A stretch of 64,000 nucleotides of DNA from contig CAZVHO010000006.1 of NCBI GenBank assembly GCA_964627515.1, positions 9,043-73,042 of the forward strand, read 5' to 3'. The notes under the pieces were generated by a model. It was given only the letters and a program-made list of their open reading frames with translations, was not told the DNA's origin and searched no databases. A program made the translations under genes and the position numbers. Numbering within the stretch: position 1 is the first letter of the stretch; each line of letters opens with the position of its first letter. Source of the stretch: an uncultured Thermodesulfobacteriota bacterium. Its GTDB lineage: Bacteria > Desulfobacterota > RBG-13-43-22. Shown here in pieces: positions 18,160 to 26,950 of this stretch.

Positions 18160-18266
18160 CTATTGTCGAACTAAGCTTTTATGCTCACTGGAGCGCCATG
18201 AAACATGAAAATATCTTCAAGGTACAGGGTTTTTATGCTTGAAACTTGCATCTTGCATCTTGAAAC
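18160..18266 (-). repeat. Composite intergenic element copy E1 (fliE-fliF spacer)
   Basis: The minus strand reads three parts in order. First, heptamers GTTTCAAGATGCAAGATGCAAGTTTCA (18266-18240). Second, the core ATTTTCATGTTTCATGGCGC (18212-18193). Third, the box TTAGTTCGACAATAG (18174-18160), 9 nt before the fliF GTG. Confidence 0.7.
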
Positions 18267-18276
18267 TTTATTTGAA

Positions 18277-18567
18277 TTAAATTTGTAACCGCATCATCTC
18301 GTCATAGGCACTAATCAACTTGTTTCGGACTTCAATCATAAGCTGAAAGGATACATCGGCTTTTTCCATGGCAATGACCGCGCTGGAGATATCGCCGCCA
18401 TTGGAAAGTTCCTGAATGGCTTTTTCGGCCTCATTTTGGACAGAATTGACCTTAGTGACCGCATCTTTTAAAATGGCCTCAAAGCCTTCTCCCCCTTCTT
18501 TTGGGGTTGATTTCCCCTGGATGCCGTTGGGGACGACAACAGAGGGTATTCCTGCGAGTTCATCCAT
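18277..18567 (-). CDS. fliE: Flagellar hook-basal body protein FliE
   Basis: 96 aa with the C-terminal FQLMIEVRNKLISAYDEMMRLQI. It follows flgC. Confidence 0.85.
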   Translation of the reverse strand: MDELAGIPSVVVPNGIQGKSTPKEGGEGFEAILKDAVTKVNSVQNEAEKAIQELSNGGDISSAVIAMEKADVSFQLMIEVRNKLISAYDEMMRLQI

Positions 18568-18989
18568 TAGAATCTCCCTATTTCTAAGGCCTTAAGAAAC
18601 ATAGTCTTCGACATATTGAAAGTGGTTACATTGGCCTCATAGGCCCGAACCGCCATCATCATGTTGACCATTTCTTCCATGATATTGATATTCGGAACAT
18701 TGACAAAACCCTCCTTATCCGCATCGGGATGACCGGGATCGTATATTTTTTTGAATGGCTCCTGGCTATCGACTATCTGAACCAGTTTAACCCCTTCCAA
18801 AGTTGAAGGATTCTCCGAATCGATCGGAAGGGTGGAAAAAACGCATTCTTTTTTTTTGTACGGCCCCCCGGCTTCGGTCTGTGTGGAATTAATATTGGCC
18901 ATGTTGGATGCAATGGTATTCATTCGGCCCCGTTGAGCATCCAAGGCCGAGGCGCTTACTTTAAATATGGCAAAGCTGTCCATAATCAT
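18567..18989 (-). CDS. flgC: Flagellar proximal rod protein FlgC
   Basis: 140 aa with ASNMANINSTQT and the C-terminal AVRAYEANVTTFNMSKTMFLKALEIGR. Confidence 0.93.
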   Translation of the reverse strand: MIMDSFAIFKVSASALDAQRGRMNTIASNMANINSTQTEAGGPYKKKECVFSTLPIDSENPSTLEGVKLVQIVDSQEPFKKIYDPGHPDADKEGFVNVPNINIMEEMVNMMMAVRAYEANVTTFNMSKTMFLKALEIGRF

Positions 18990-19369
18990 CTCCCTTTTAT
19001 AGCATTCTTAAACATCTGTAATTTTTTTGACAGCAGCTTGGCCCCGGCTTCATATAAAAGAGAATTCTCGGTCATATGGGCTAATTCCATATCCAGGGCG
19101 ACGTTGTTTCCATCCTCCCAGGAAGCCCGCTCCACCGCGGTCATCCCGCCGGTTTCTCTTAAATTGTTAGGGCCCTGTTTATGCATGGTGCTGGTTCTGG
19201 TCAAGCCGAGAGAAGGGCCGAGAGAGGGGTTAGTCATGGACTCTTTAAAGGACACATCCTTGGCTTTATATCCCGGGGTATCGATATTGGCTATATTGGA
19301 GGCCAAGATCTTGTGTCGAAAAGCACTGGTTTTTATGATCTGTTCTAACACTTGAAATCCGAAATCCAT
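18986..19369 (-). CDS. flgB: Flagellar proximal rod protein FlgB
   Basis: 127 aa with RHKILASNIANIDTPGYKAKDVSF. It is the first gene of the flgBC-fliE unit. Confidence 0.9.
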   Translation of the reverse strand: MDFGFQVLEQIIKTSAFRHKILASNIANIDTPGYKAKDVSFKESMTNPSLGPSLGLTRTSTMHKQGPNNLRETGGMTAVERASWEDGNNVALDMELAHMTENSLLYEAGAKLLSKKLQMFKNAIKGR

Positions 19370-19397
19370 TGTTGTTTTCCTTTAATTTGAAAAAAAA

Positions 19398-19498
19398 GTT
19401 TCAAGATGCAAGATGCAAGTTTCATGACGGACTTTTAATAAGTCCATCCAGTATGACAAAATATATAAATCATCCTCATTTTCATGTTTCGTGGTGCC
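19398..19498 (+). repeat. Composite intergenic element copy E6, inverted relative to E1
   Basis: The plus strand reads GTTTCAAGATGCAAGATGCAAGTTTCA (19398-19424). This is the exact reverse complement of 18240-18266. It is followed by the core ATTTTCATGTTTCGTGGTGCC (19478-19498). Confidence 0.7.
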
Positions 19499-19533
19499 GG
19501 ACCAGGCGGGCATGAGGCTTTAATATATTTATA

Positions 19534-19548
19534 TCAAAATTCATGCCA
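19534..19548 (-). promoter_or_regulatory. Candidate sigma-54-type promoter upstream of flgB with non-canonical -12 (TGGCAT-N5-TTGA)
   Basis: The minus strand reads TGGCATGAATTTTGA with exact spacing, 165 nt upstream of the flgB ATG. Confidence 0.3.
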
Positions 19549-19592
19549 TTTTTTTATAGAACCGGTTTTGGGTTTTTGAAGCACACCACGGT

Positions 19593-20894
19593 TTATTCCT
19601 GTTGGGAAGCCGGAAAAAAATTCCCATATTCATGGAGTTTATTCCTGATAGTCCTGACGCTGACGCCAAGGATACGGGCGGCCTTGGTCTTGTTGCCATT
19701 GACTTCTTTTAAAGTTTTCAGGATCATGTCTTTTTCGAAATCCTTAATTTTTCCTTGAGAAGGTAAACCCGGAGGACACTTTTCTTCGATCATAAAATCC
19801 ATCAGATCAACGAAATCGTCCTTGCACAGGTGAACGGAACGGTGGACCGTATTTTGAAGCTCCCGGATATTTCCCCGCCAGGCCCTTCCGATTAAAAAAT
19901 CCATGGCCTGAGGGGTAAACCCTTGGATATTTTTACCAAGGACCTTGGAAAACTCTTTTAAAAAATGATGGCCCAATAAAGAAATATCTTCGGGGCGTTC
20001 CCGTAAAGGGGGGATTTGGATTGGAAAGACATTGAGCCGATAAAAGAGGTCCTCCCGGAATCGGCCGTCCAGAGATTCTTGGTATAAATCCCGGTTGGTG
20101 GTCGCTATCACCCGGATATCGATAGGAATGGATAGGTTTCCGCCCACCCGGTTTATTTCTCTTTCCTGCAAAACCCGTAACAATTTGGCCTGGAGATTAA
20201 GGGACATTTCTCCGATCTCATCCAGAAGGATGGTGCCGTTGTTGGCGAACTCGAATTTCCCTATTTTTTTCTCCGTGGCCCCGGTAAAGGCCCCCTTTTC
20301 ATGACCGAATAATTCGGACTCCATCAGGCTGTCGGGGATGGCGGCACAATTGATGGCGACCAAAGGTTTTTTGTTCCGGCCGCTTTTTTTGTGGATGATC
20401 CCGGCCAAGAGTTCCTTCCCGGTCCCGCTCTCTCCATAAATTAAAACCGAGGTATCGCTTGGGGCCACTTCTTCGGCAATCTTCAAGACCCGCATCATTT
20501 TTGGATTATCGGTCAGCAGGGTTTTTTCCTGATGAAGCCTTTCCATGAGGGATCGTATTTTGTTCATCAGGGTTTCAAAGGAAAAAGGCTTCAATAAATA
20601 ATCCGAGGCCCCTTCCTTCATCACCTCTACGGCATCTTGAATGGTACCGAATCCTGTAATGACCAAAATAGGGATATTGCCGATCTTACGTCTAATCTCC
20701 TTTAACAAAGAAAGGCCGTCCATCCTGGGCATTTTCATGTCCGTGACGATCATGGAAAAATGGGCCTGATCCAATTTGTGCAGGGCCTCTTGTCCGTCAC
20801 CCGCCAGAATGGCTTGAAAACCGACCCTTGATATGGCTTCTTTCAAGGCCGTCCGCATTTGATGATCGTCATCAACAACGAGAATTGGATTCAT
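19593..20894 (-). CDS. Sigma-54-dependent response regulator (NtrC family; FlrC/FleR-like by context)
   Basis: 433 aa. REC domain (MIVTDMKMPRMDG), AAA+ domain with GESGTGKE and the GAFTGA loop, and a C-terminal Fis-type HTH (AARILGVSVRTIRNKL). It sits between the kinase gene and flgB. Confidence 0.9.
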   Translation of the reverse strand: MNPILVVDDDHQMRTALKEAISRVGFQAILAGDGQEALHKLDQAHFSMIVTDMKMPRMDGLSLLKEIRRKIGNIPILVITGFGTIQDAVEVMKEGASDYLLKPFSFETLMNKIRSLMERLHQEKTLLTDNPKMMRVLKIAEEVAPSDTSVLIYGESGTGKELLAGIIHKKSGRNKKPLVAINCAAIPDSLMESELFGHEKGAFTGATEKKIGKFEFANNGTILLDEIGEMSLNLQAKLLRVLQEREINRVGGNLSIPIDIRVIATTNRDLYQESLDGRFREDLFYRLNVFPIQIPPLRERPEDISLLGHHFLKEFSKVLGKNIQGFTPQAMDFLIGRAWRGNIRELQNTVHRSVHLCKDDFVDLMDFMIEEKCPPGLPSQGKIKDFEKDMILKTLKEVNGNKTKAARILGVSVRTIRNKLHEYGNFFPASQQE

Positions 20895-20939
20895 AGCGGG
20901 TCTCTTTCCTTGTCCATTTTTTTTCGCTAATCCTTTGGG

Positions 20940-22115
20940 TTATGAGAGCAAACCCTCACCAGGCGTATTGAATTTGGGAAAAATAAGTTGAAAACAGGTT
21001 CCTTCCCCTTCTTCACTTTGAACTTTGATGGTCCCGCCGTGGGCCTGCATAATATTGGCGGCTATGGACAGTCCCAATCCGGAGCCTTTCTCCTTCAAAC
21101 TGAAAAAGGGGTCAAAAATCCTTTCCATAAATTCAGAAGGGATTCCCGGGCCATGATCTTTTATTTCAAGGACCGTCTCTTCCTCATTTCCTTTTTTAAG
21201 AAAAAGTTCAACGGCCCCTTCTTCCGGGGCGACCTCGACGGCATTCAAGAGGATATTTAAAAGCACTTGTTTAATGAGTTCCCTGTCACCCCAAAGCCGC
21301 CGATGTCCATTTAATTGTTTCCCTAATCGAATCCTTTTGATTTCGACCAAAGGCCGGAGCATAAAAAACAACTCCTCCAGGGTCTTTTCAAAATCGATCC
21401 AGTCAAAGCAAGGTTTTTGAGGGATGGCAAAATAGTGCATATTGGTCAGGACATGATTCAGACTGGTAATCCCCTGGGATATGCCTTTGGCCAGTTCGGC
21501 ATGAACCGAATGCTCCAGATCACCGGCCAACATAGAGGCATAGAGTTCCATACTGCAAAGCGGATTTCGTATTTCATGAACCAGCTTGGCCGCCATTTCA
21601 CCCATAGCGATCAATCGCTTATTCCTTTCCTTCTGGATTTCCAGCTCTTTTAAAAGGGAAATATCCTTAATAAGGACCACATACCCCCTGACCAATCCAT
21701 CCGAATCCTTTATCGGAGAACGGGAAAAGATAACCTGACACCTTTTTTTATTGGTGACCAGAAAAGTGGTTGTCCCTTCCTCCAGAATGATGATATCCAG
21801 GTCATGAAAAGACCAGCCAATTATTCCAGGGGATTCCATACCCAGCATTTCTTCGGCCGCCCTATTGATCATGGTTACCCGTTCCTTGGGATCTAAGACA
21901 ATGATCGCTTCTCCCAGGCTTTGCAGGATGCCGTTCAAAAAATCTTTGGCTTCTTCGGCTCTATTTAAGGCCGTTGAAAGTTGCTGATTGGTTTCCTCCA
22001 AAACACCGGTCAAATAATGGACTTCTTCCTGAAGTTTTTGGTAATAGGCTTCCAGACTCTTGGAGGCCGCGGTAAAATCGGAAAAGGCCGTTTGAAGGTG
22101 GCAGGCTTCGATCAT
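20940..22115 (-). CDS. Soluble PAS-domain sensor histidine kinase (FlrB/FleS-like by context)
   Basis: 391 aa with no TM segment. Coiled coil plus PAS, the H-box VHEIRNPL, and HATPase motifs DHGPGIP and GSGLGLSIA. Confidence 0.85.
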   Translation of the reverse strand: MIEACHLQTAFSDFTAASKSLEAYYQKLQEEVHYLTGVLEETNQQLSTALNRAEEAKDFLNGILQSLGEAIIVLDPKERVTMINRAAEEMLGMESPGIIGWSFHDLDIIILEEGTTTFLVTNKKRCQVIFSRSPIKDSDGLVRGYVVLIKDISLLKELEIQKERNKRLIAMGEMAAKLVHEIRNPLCSMELYASMLAGDLEHSVHAELAKGISQGITSLNHVLTNMHYFAIPQKPCFDWIDFEKTLEELFFMLRPLVEIKRIRLGKQLNGHRRLWGDRELIKQVLLNILLNAVEVAPEEGAVELFLKKGNEEETVLEIKDHGPGIPSEFMERIFDPFFSLKEKGSGLGLSIAANIMQAHGGTIKVQSEEGEGTCFQLIFPKFNTPGEGLLS

Positions 22116-23917
22116 TAATAATGTTCTCCCATCTTTCTCTGCACTTCTTTTTCCCGAAGGCTGGCCCTGGCTAATTTACTCAAAATGGAATTACTGGCCT
22201 TAATCCTACCCAACATCCTTTCGGCTTCTTCACCGGGCGACAGGGTGCCGGCCCGGTATAAGGCCCATTCATTTAAGGGGTCCTTTTCCAGGGCCTTTTG
22301 GTAATAGGTCAGGGCCTCTTTCTTTTTCCCTTGACCGTACAGCAAATCCGCTAACTGGATATAAATATTGGCATTACCATCCAGTCTACGGAGGTTTTTT
22401 TCAAAAACGGCTAAGGCCTTAGTAACATCCTTGGCCGAGGAAAGGGTATCTTCAAACAAAGGCAGGTCTTGGGATTCCATCTTTTTTAAAGACAAAATGC
22501 GTTCAGAGGCCGCCCGGTATTCCATTCGGGCGTGAAGTATCCGGGCTTCCAAACGGAGGATTTGGTCTCCCGTAACTTTATGGTTCCTTAAAGCCTTGAG
22601 ACCCTCCAGGGCCAAATCCTGGTTTCCGGCCTCAACGTAATATTGAACCAGGGCGATCAGGCTTTGAATCTTGACCTTCTCTGCGCCGTTTTTCGCCAAC
22701 CACTGGAGAAGCTCAAGTTTTCCGGTCCCCTTCAACGATTCAGCCATGACCAGAAGAAAAGGTTCCCGGGAGGTCTGCAACAGCTTCTTGCCAATGGAAG
22801 CCCAAAGAGAGGCTATTTGGTTGGGGTCTTTATCCTTGATCTTTAAAAAAAATCCTTCTAATTCCGTTAAAGTCTCTTTATTGAGGGAAGATCGCAGGCC
22901 CAAAGCCTTGATCCACCCGCCGGCCTGTTCAAACCTTTCCCCCTGCATATCCAGCTTGGCCAGTTTGATTAATACCTCCTCACTTTTTTTACCGTTGGGA
23001 TACTTCCATCGATATTCTTGCAGGGTCTGTCGGGCTTCAAGGTTTTTCCCGGCTCCGGACTGGGCCTCGGCCAGATGGAAAAGGGCTTCTTGCCCAAGCT
23101 TTGGATCCGAAGAAGTCAAAGCGGATTTAAGATATTTTTGAGCTTCATCAAATTTCCGGGCTTCCAAGGCAACCCGGCCCAGGGCAACTTCGGATTTATT
23201 TTTAAAAACAGGGTCCTTCAATGATAAGACAAGATATTGAAGGGATTCCTGGTCTCTACCCATTTGATGAAGGTTTTCTCCATAATAAAAAAGGGCCTCT
23301 CCGGATTGCATTAAATATTTCTTACCCATCGAAACGCCTTCGGAATAGGCGGCATCGGCTTCCTTTAATCGCCCCAGCCGGTGGAGGATATTGGCCCTTC
23401 CGAAGATCGCATCCTGGCCTTTTCCCGCCTTCTCATAATTTTCCAGGGATTCCGGCAAAAGACCAAGGGCCGAGAGAGTCTGGGCTGCCCCCAGGTGGGC
23501 TTTTCCCAGATATTTGGATTGATTAAATTGGGTCAGAAAGATCTTGTAAACCGTTTTGGCTTCATAATAATTTTTAATCCGATGATAACCTTCGGCCCTT
23601 TCCAGCAGGGCCAGTTCCTTCAATTCTCCTTGAGGGGCCAAGAGATAAGCCATCCGATAATGCTCTATGGCTTCTAAAGGCTTTTGGACCTTTTCCAAGG
23701 CCCTTCCGTAACAAAAATGGTAATAACCCCGGGTTTCTGAAGCAGGGCGATAGGCGGCCAGGAATTGAATGGCCTCGGCCGGGCGATTGGCCTTAATCAA
23801 GGCCCAGGATTTTTGTAACCCCGGGTCGATAATCCCCTCCTCGAGAGACCGGGCCGGAAGAGAAGCCGGTATCGAAAAGATCAGGGTTATCAGGATGAAA
23901 ACAAGGTGCTTCCTCAT
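22115..23917 (-). CDS. Secreted TPR-repeat protein
   Basis: 600 aa with the signal peptide MRKHLVFILITLIFSIPASLPA and TPR-like A/Y/L-rich units throughout. Its stop overlaps the kinase start (ATGA-type junction at 22115). Confidence 0.8.
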   Translation of the reverse strand: MRKHLVFILITLIFSIPASLPARSLEEGIIDPGLQKSWALIKANRPAEAIQFLAAYRPASETRGYYHFCYGRALEKVQKPLEAIEHYRMAYLLAPQGELKELALLERAEGYHRIKNYYEAKTVYKIFLTQFNQSKYLGKAHLGAAQTLSALGLLPESLENYEKAGKGQDAIFGRANILHRLGRLKEADAAYSEGVSMGKKYLMQSGEALFYYGENLHQMGRDQESLQYLVLSLKDPVFKNKSEVALGRVALEARKFDEAQKYLKSALTSSDPKLGQEALFHLAEAQSGAGKNLEARQTLQEYRWKYPNGKKSEEVLIKLAKLDMQGERFEQAGGWIKALGLRSSLNKETLTELEGFFLKIKDKDPNQIASLWASIGKKLLQTSREPFLLVMAESLKGTGKLELLQWLAKNGAEKVKIQSLIALVQYYVEAGNQDLALEGLKALRNHKVTGDQILRLEARILHARMEYRAASERILSLKKMESQDLPLFEDTLSSAKDVTKALAVFEKNLRRLDGNANIYIQLADLLYGQGKKKEALTYYQKALEKDPLNEWALYRAGTLSPGEEAERMLGRIKASNSILSKLARASLREKEVQRKMGEHY

Positions 23918-23931
23918 GCTTTATCCAGAAA

Positions 23932-23946
23932 GCAACAACTATGCCA
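23932..23946 (-). promoter_or_regulatory. Canonical sigma-54 promoter motif (TGGCAT-N5-TTGC) abutting the TPR gene start
   Basis: The minus strand reads TGGCATAGTTGTTGC. The -12 C lies only 15 nt before the ATG at 23917, so the predicted transcript would have a leader of about 3 nt. Confidence 0.4.
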
Positions 23947-24140
23947 TGGGATTCAACTGGAAAATGGAAGGGTGGGAAGAGCCGACTTGGGGTGGCTGGG
24001 TCTTTCCAATTGCCGTGTTTATTAATATTTTATTGTTTTTTCTCCAAACCCGGTTTGTTTTAAGCCTTCCTTAAAGAACCGAAGAATTGTCAAGATAATG
24101 ACACCGGGTAAGAGGCGGCCAAGAAAACAACTATGGCAGG

Positions 24141-24318
24141 TCTGGATTCCCTCCTGCGCGGGAATGACGATTTTTTACGTGACCATCAATGATGACGGAT
24201 TCGTAAAAAGTCGCCGAAACCCGCATTGCGTCATTCTGGCGAAAGCCGGAATCCAGGTATTCAACCAATTCTGGACCCCGGCGCCTGTCCCGGACCTGAT
24301 CCGGGGTTCGCCGGGGTG
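24141..24318. repeat. Cluster of palindromic repeat units (GTCATTCCC..GGAATCCAGG family plus a CCGGGGT variant)
   Basis: TCTGGATTCCCTCCTGCGCGGGAATGACG (24141-24169, inverted) and GCGTCATTCTGGCGAAAGCCGGAATCCAGGT (24229-24259). These are followed by CTGGACCCCGGCGCCTGTCCCGGACCTGATCCGGGGTTCGCCGGGGTGACG. ORF 24098-24319 is the translation of these repeats. Confidence 0.8.
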
Positions 24319-24346
24319 ACGACCTCGGAAATTTTTTACTTGTTCA

Positions 24347-25756
24347 TCAAAGATCGAGCTCTAATTTTTTAATCTTCTCCAATAAGGTGGTTCTCTTTAA
24401 ACCTAAGAGCTCGGCGGCCTTGCTTTTAACGCCCTGGGATTTTCGTAAGGCCTGACCGATCAAGTTCCTTTCTACCTCTTCCACCAAAGTATTCAGATTA
24501 ACCCCCTTCTCGGTGAGTATAACCTCACGGTGTGATTCATCCGGTCCCGTTTGGCTTTCGGAAACCTCTTTTCGGGGAACAGTCTGGAATTCTTGAAATC
24601 TTTGAGGGAGATCTTTTGCAGTAATCAGACTGTCATCGTTTAAGATGACCATCCTCTCGATCAGATTCTCCATTTCACGAACATTCCCGGGCCAGGGGTA
24701 TTTTAGAAAAAGCTCCGTCACCTCCTGATCGATCCGGATAGGTTCTCTTTTTCTTTTTCGTGAAAAATAATTAATGAAATAATCGGTCAAAACCGGGATA
24801 TCTTCCGGCCTTTCCCTCAAGGGAGGAATGCGGAGGGGAATTACGTTTAAGCGATAAAAGAGATCTTCGCGAAAATTACCGGCTTTGGTTTCCCTTTCCA
24901 GATTTTTATTGGTGGCTGCCAAAATCCGAACATCGACCTTAATGGTTTTGGATCCACCGACCCGTTCAAACTCTCTTTCCTGGAGCACCCGGAGGAGCTT
25001 GACCTGGAAGGAGGGATGGAGTTCCCCAATCTCATCCAGCAGGATGGTCCCTCCGTTGGCCCGTTCAAATCTTCCGATACGGGTATTGATGGCCCCGGTA
25101 AAGGCCCCCCGTTCATGTCCGAAGAGTTCCGATTCCAGAAGATCTTTGGGTATGGCCGCACAATTAAAGGGGACAAAGGGATTCTGGCCCCTGAGACTGT
25201 TATAGTGAATGGTCTTGGCGATCAGTTCCTTCCCGGTTCCGCTTTCTCCCTCAATTAATATAGTCGCATCAGTATCGGAAATTTTTTTTATCAGCCCATA
25301 AACCTTCTGCATTTGCGGTGAATTTCCAATCAGGCCCTGATAATCATACCGTTGCTTCAACTGTTTTTTCAGGGAAAAGTTCTCTTTTTTTAGTTTTGAA
25401 AAATCGAGGGCTCTTTGAACGACCAACCAAAGTTCTTCTAAGACAAAAGGCTTGGTAATATAATCGAAGGCCCCTAATTTTATGGCCTCCACCGCTGTGG
25501 CAATGGCCCCGAATCCGGTGATGATAATCGCGGGGATATTGATATTGAGGGAGGATATTTTTTTCAAGACCTCCATTCCCCCCATGCCCGGCAGGACCAA
25601 ATCCACCAAATAGAGATCTATTCCTTTTTCCTGAATCAACTCGATGCCTATCTCGCCATCTTCGGCTACCGAGACCTCAAAGCCTTTTAAATGTAAAAAT
25701 TCTTCCAAAATACTCCGGACCGCTGGATCATCATCAATCACTAAGATATGGGGCAT
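24347..25756 (-). CDS. Sigma-54-dependent response regulator (NtrC/AtoC family), orphan (no adjacent kinase)
   Basis: 469 aa with REC (LYLVDLVLPGMGG), GESGTGKE, GAFTGA and a C-terminal HTH (AAELLGLKRTTLLEKIKKL). Confidence 0.9.
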   Translation of the reverse strand: MPHILVIDDDPAVRSILEEFLHLKGFEVSVAEDGEIGIELIQEKGIDLYLVDLVLPGMGGMEVLKKISSLNINIPAIIITGFGAIATAVEAIKLGAFDYITKPFVLEELWLVVQRALDFSKLKKENFSLKKQLKQRYDYQGLIGNSPQMQKVYGLIKKISDTDATILIEGESGTGKELIAKTIHYNSLRGQNPFVPFNCAAIPKDLLESELFGHERGAFTGAINTRIGRFERANGGTILLDEIGELHPSFQVKLLRVLQEREFERVGGSKTIKVDVRILAATNKNLERETKAGNFREDLFYRLNVIPLRIPPLRERPEDIPVLTDYFINYFSRKRKREPIRIDQEVTELFLKYPWPGNVREMENLIERMVILNDDSLITAKDLPQRFQEFQTVPRKEVSESQTGPDESHREVILTEKGVNLNTLVEEVERNLIGQALRKSQGVKSKAAELLGLKRTTLLEKIKKLELDL

Positions 25757-25806
25757 GGTTTTCTTTTTTCCATTTCCAGATTATTTTGGTTTTGGGCCTG
25801 AAACTT

Positions 25807-25834
25807 ATTTTCGCACAACTATTTATTATGTCAA
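25807..25834 (-). promoter_or_regulatory. Candidate sigma-70 promoter with extended -10 for the orphan regulator gene
   Basis: The minus strand reads TTGACA-N16-(TGC)GAAAAT. It lies about 45 nt upstream of ATG 25756. Confidence 0.35.
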
Positions 25835-25886
25835 GAAAAAGGTGTATTAGAAACGACTTAATTGGAAAGGAGGCCGGAATGGGGTA

Positions 25887-26414
25887 CTATCGGGGTTCTT
25901 TTAAGACATAGGGATACCAATCTTCTTGCCTTAATCGGTCTACCTTAAGGACCATGACCTCGTTGGTATCGGATTTAACAGCCAGTTTCCTCCCCTTGGC
26001 CCCCCCCACATCTTCTGAAATAACGGGGATACCTTGCCGGGTCAGAATCGTTTTGGCCATTAATACATTTTGTCTCCCCAAGGTGTTATCCGAAGAGGAC
26101 CAGGGATCTGCGCCTCCGAATATCTGGGCCTCCAGAAAGGATTTTTCCGATCCATCTACCGTCATCAGTTTGATCAGGGTCAGAACAGCGACATTACCAT
26201 ATTGGACTGTGGCCTTTTCCGGTTTGGAAATCCTCGGATAAAGGAAGTGGGATAGGCCTCCAGACCGTTTTTGGCGGTCCCAGAGGTAAACCGTGACGGC
26301 GGAACCCATAACCGTATAAATCAGGGTGGGCTCCCGGCTTAAAAAAATATAACCGGGTTTCAAAAAATATTGAACACGTTCGATTTCCTGGTTTTTGGGG
26401 TCTCCCAAAGACAT
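25887..26414 (-). CDS. CheD-family protein lacking the nucleophile Cys (predicted inactive deamidase paralog)
   Basis: 175 aa that aligns by eye with the CheD at 28211-28690. The motif reads MGSAVTVYLWDRQKRSGGLSHFLYP where the other copy has LGSCIGVAIYDPVAGVGGLLHYMLP. Confidence 0.8.
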   Translation of the reverse strand: MSLGDPKNQEIERVQYFLKPGYIFLSREPTLIYTVMGSAVTVYLWDRQKRSGGLSHFLYPRISKPEKATVQYGNVAVLTLIKLMTVDGSEKSFLEAQIFGGADPWSSSDNTLGRQNVLMAKTILTRQGIPVISEDVGGAKGRKLAVKSDTNEVMVLKVDRLRQEDWYPYVLKEPR

Positions 26415-26440
26415 CGACGCAAATATTCCCGGCTACACTC

Positions 26441-26950
26441 TCATTGATGGGGATCGAATTGAATTTGAAGAGTGATGAATTGTCCATCGGCCGAAAAATA
26501 CAGAACAAGATCTGAAGGCTTATCCGGTGGAGCTTCGTCTGGAAAAGATATTTTTTGAATGGAAGGCGCACCCAAGGTGTAGACAGCCGTTTTATCGAGG
26601 ACGGAAAATAGATTGCCGCAAATCATATTCGTCAATTCACAGGCCATATCCAAAACCTGAGACTCACTCACCTCTTCCTCAAATCCCAGAAAATTCATAG
26701 CCAGCGTTTCGCCAAGATCATAGGGGAGGACGAGTTGCAACTGTCCGGTCTGGGCCCCGGAAAAATGGATTTCACTTTTTAAAAACCAGGGCCCCTGGGG
26801 CTGCGGAAGGTAACTGGTCTCCTGTTCCGGTTCGGGCAAGATCTCCGGAGACATCGGGTTCTCCTCTACCGGCTCTAAAAAGGTAAAAAACATAGTTTCA
26901 AAGATATTGAGGACAGCGGAAACGGCGGCCTTTCGCATGGCGTCAGACAT
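26441..26950 (-). CDS. cheX: CheX/CheC-family CheY-P phosphatase-like protein
   Basis: 169 aa with the N-terminal AVLNIFETMFF and the CELTNMICGNLFSVL motif typical of CheX-like proteins. It overlaps the cheY stop. Confidence 0.7.
   Translation of the reverse strand: MSDAMRKAAVSAVLNIFETMFFTFLEPVEENPMSPEILPEPEQETSYLPQPQGPWFLKSEIHFSGAQTGQLQLVLPYDLGETLAMNFLGFEEEVSESQVLDMACELTNMICGNLFSVLDKTAVYTLGAPSIQKISFPDEAPPDKPSDLVLYFSADGQFITLQIQFDPHQ

Noticed and set aside
18176-18200. Core of the composite element read as a sigma-54 promoter (TGGCGC...GCAT)
   Set aside because: The GG-to-GC spacing is 13, 14 or 17 nt in different copies instead of the required 12. One copy lacks the GC, and another points away from any gene.
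18240-18266. Heptamer arrays as a possible CRISPR or minisatellite
   Set aside because: The units are only 7 nt long, contiguous with no spacers, and number four to five per locus. No cas genes are present. The arrays are treated as part of the composite intergenic element.
24098-24319. 73-aa ORF in the spacer upstream of the TPR operon
   Set aside because: Its sequence (IPSCAGMT...VILAKAGIQ...) is the translation of the palindromic repeat units at 24141-24318. It is treated as repeat DNA, not a gene.
26194-26571. 125-aa ORF spanning the cheX / cheD-paralog junction
   Set aside because: It overlaps the ends of two genes with clear family resemblance, in a different frame, and has no motifs.
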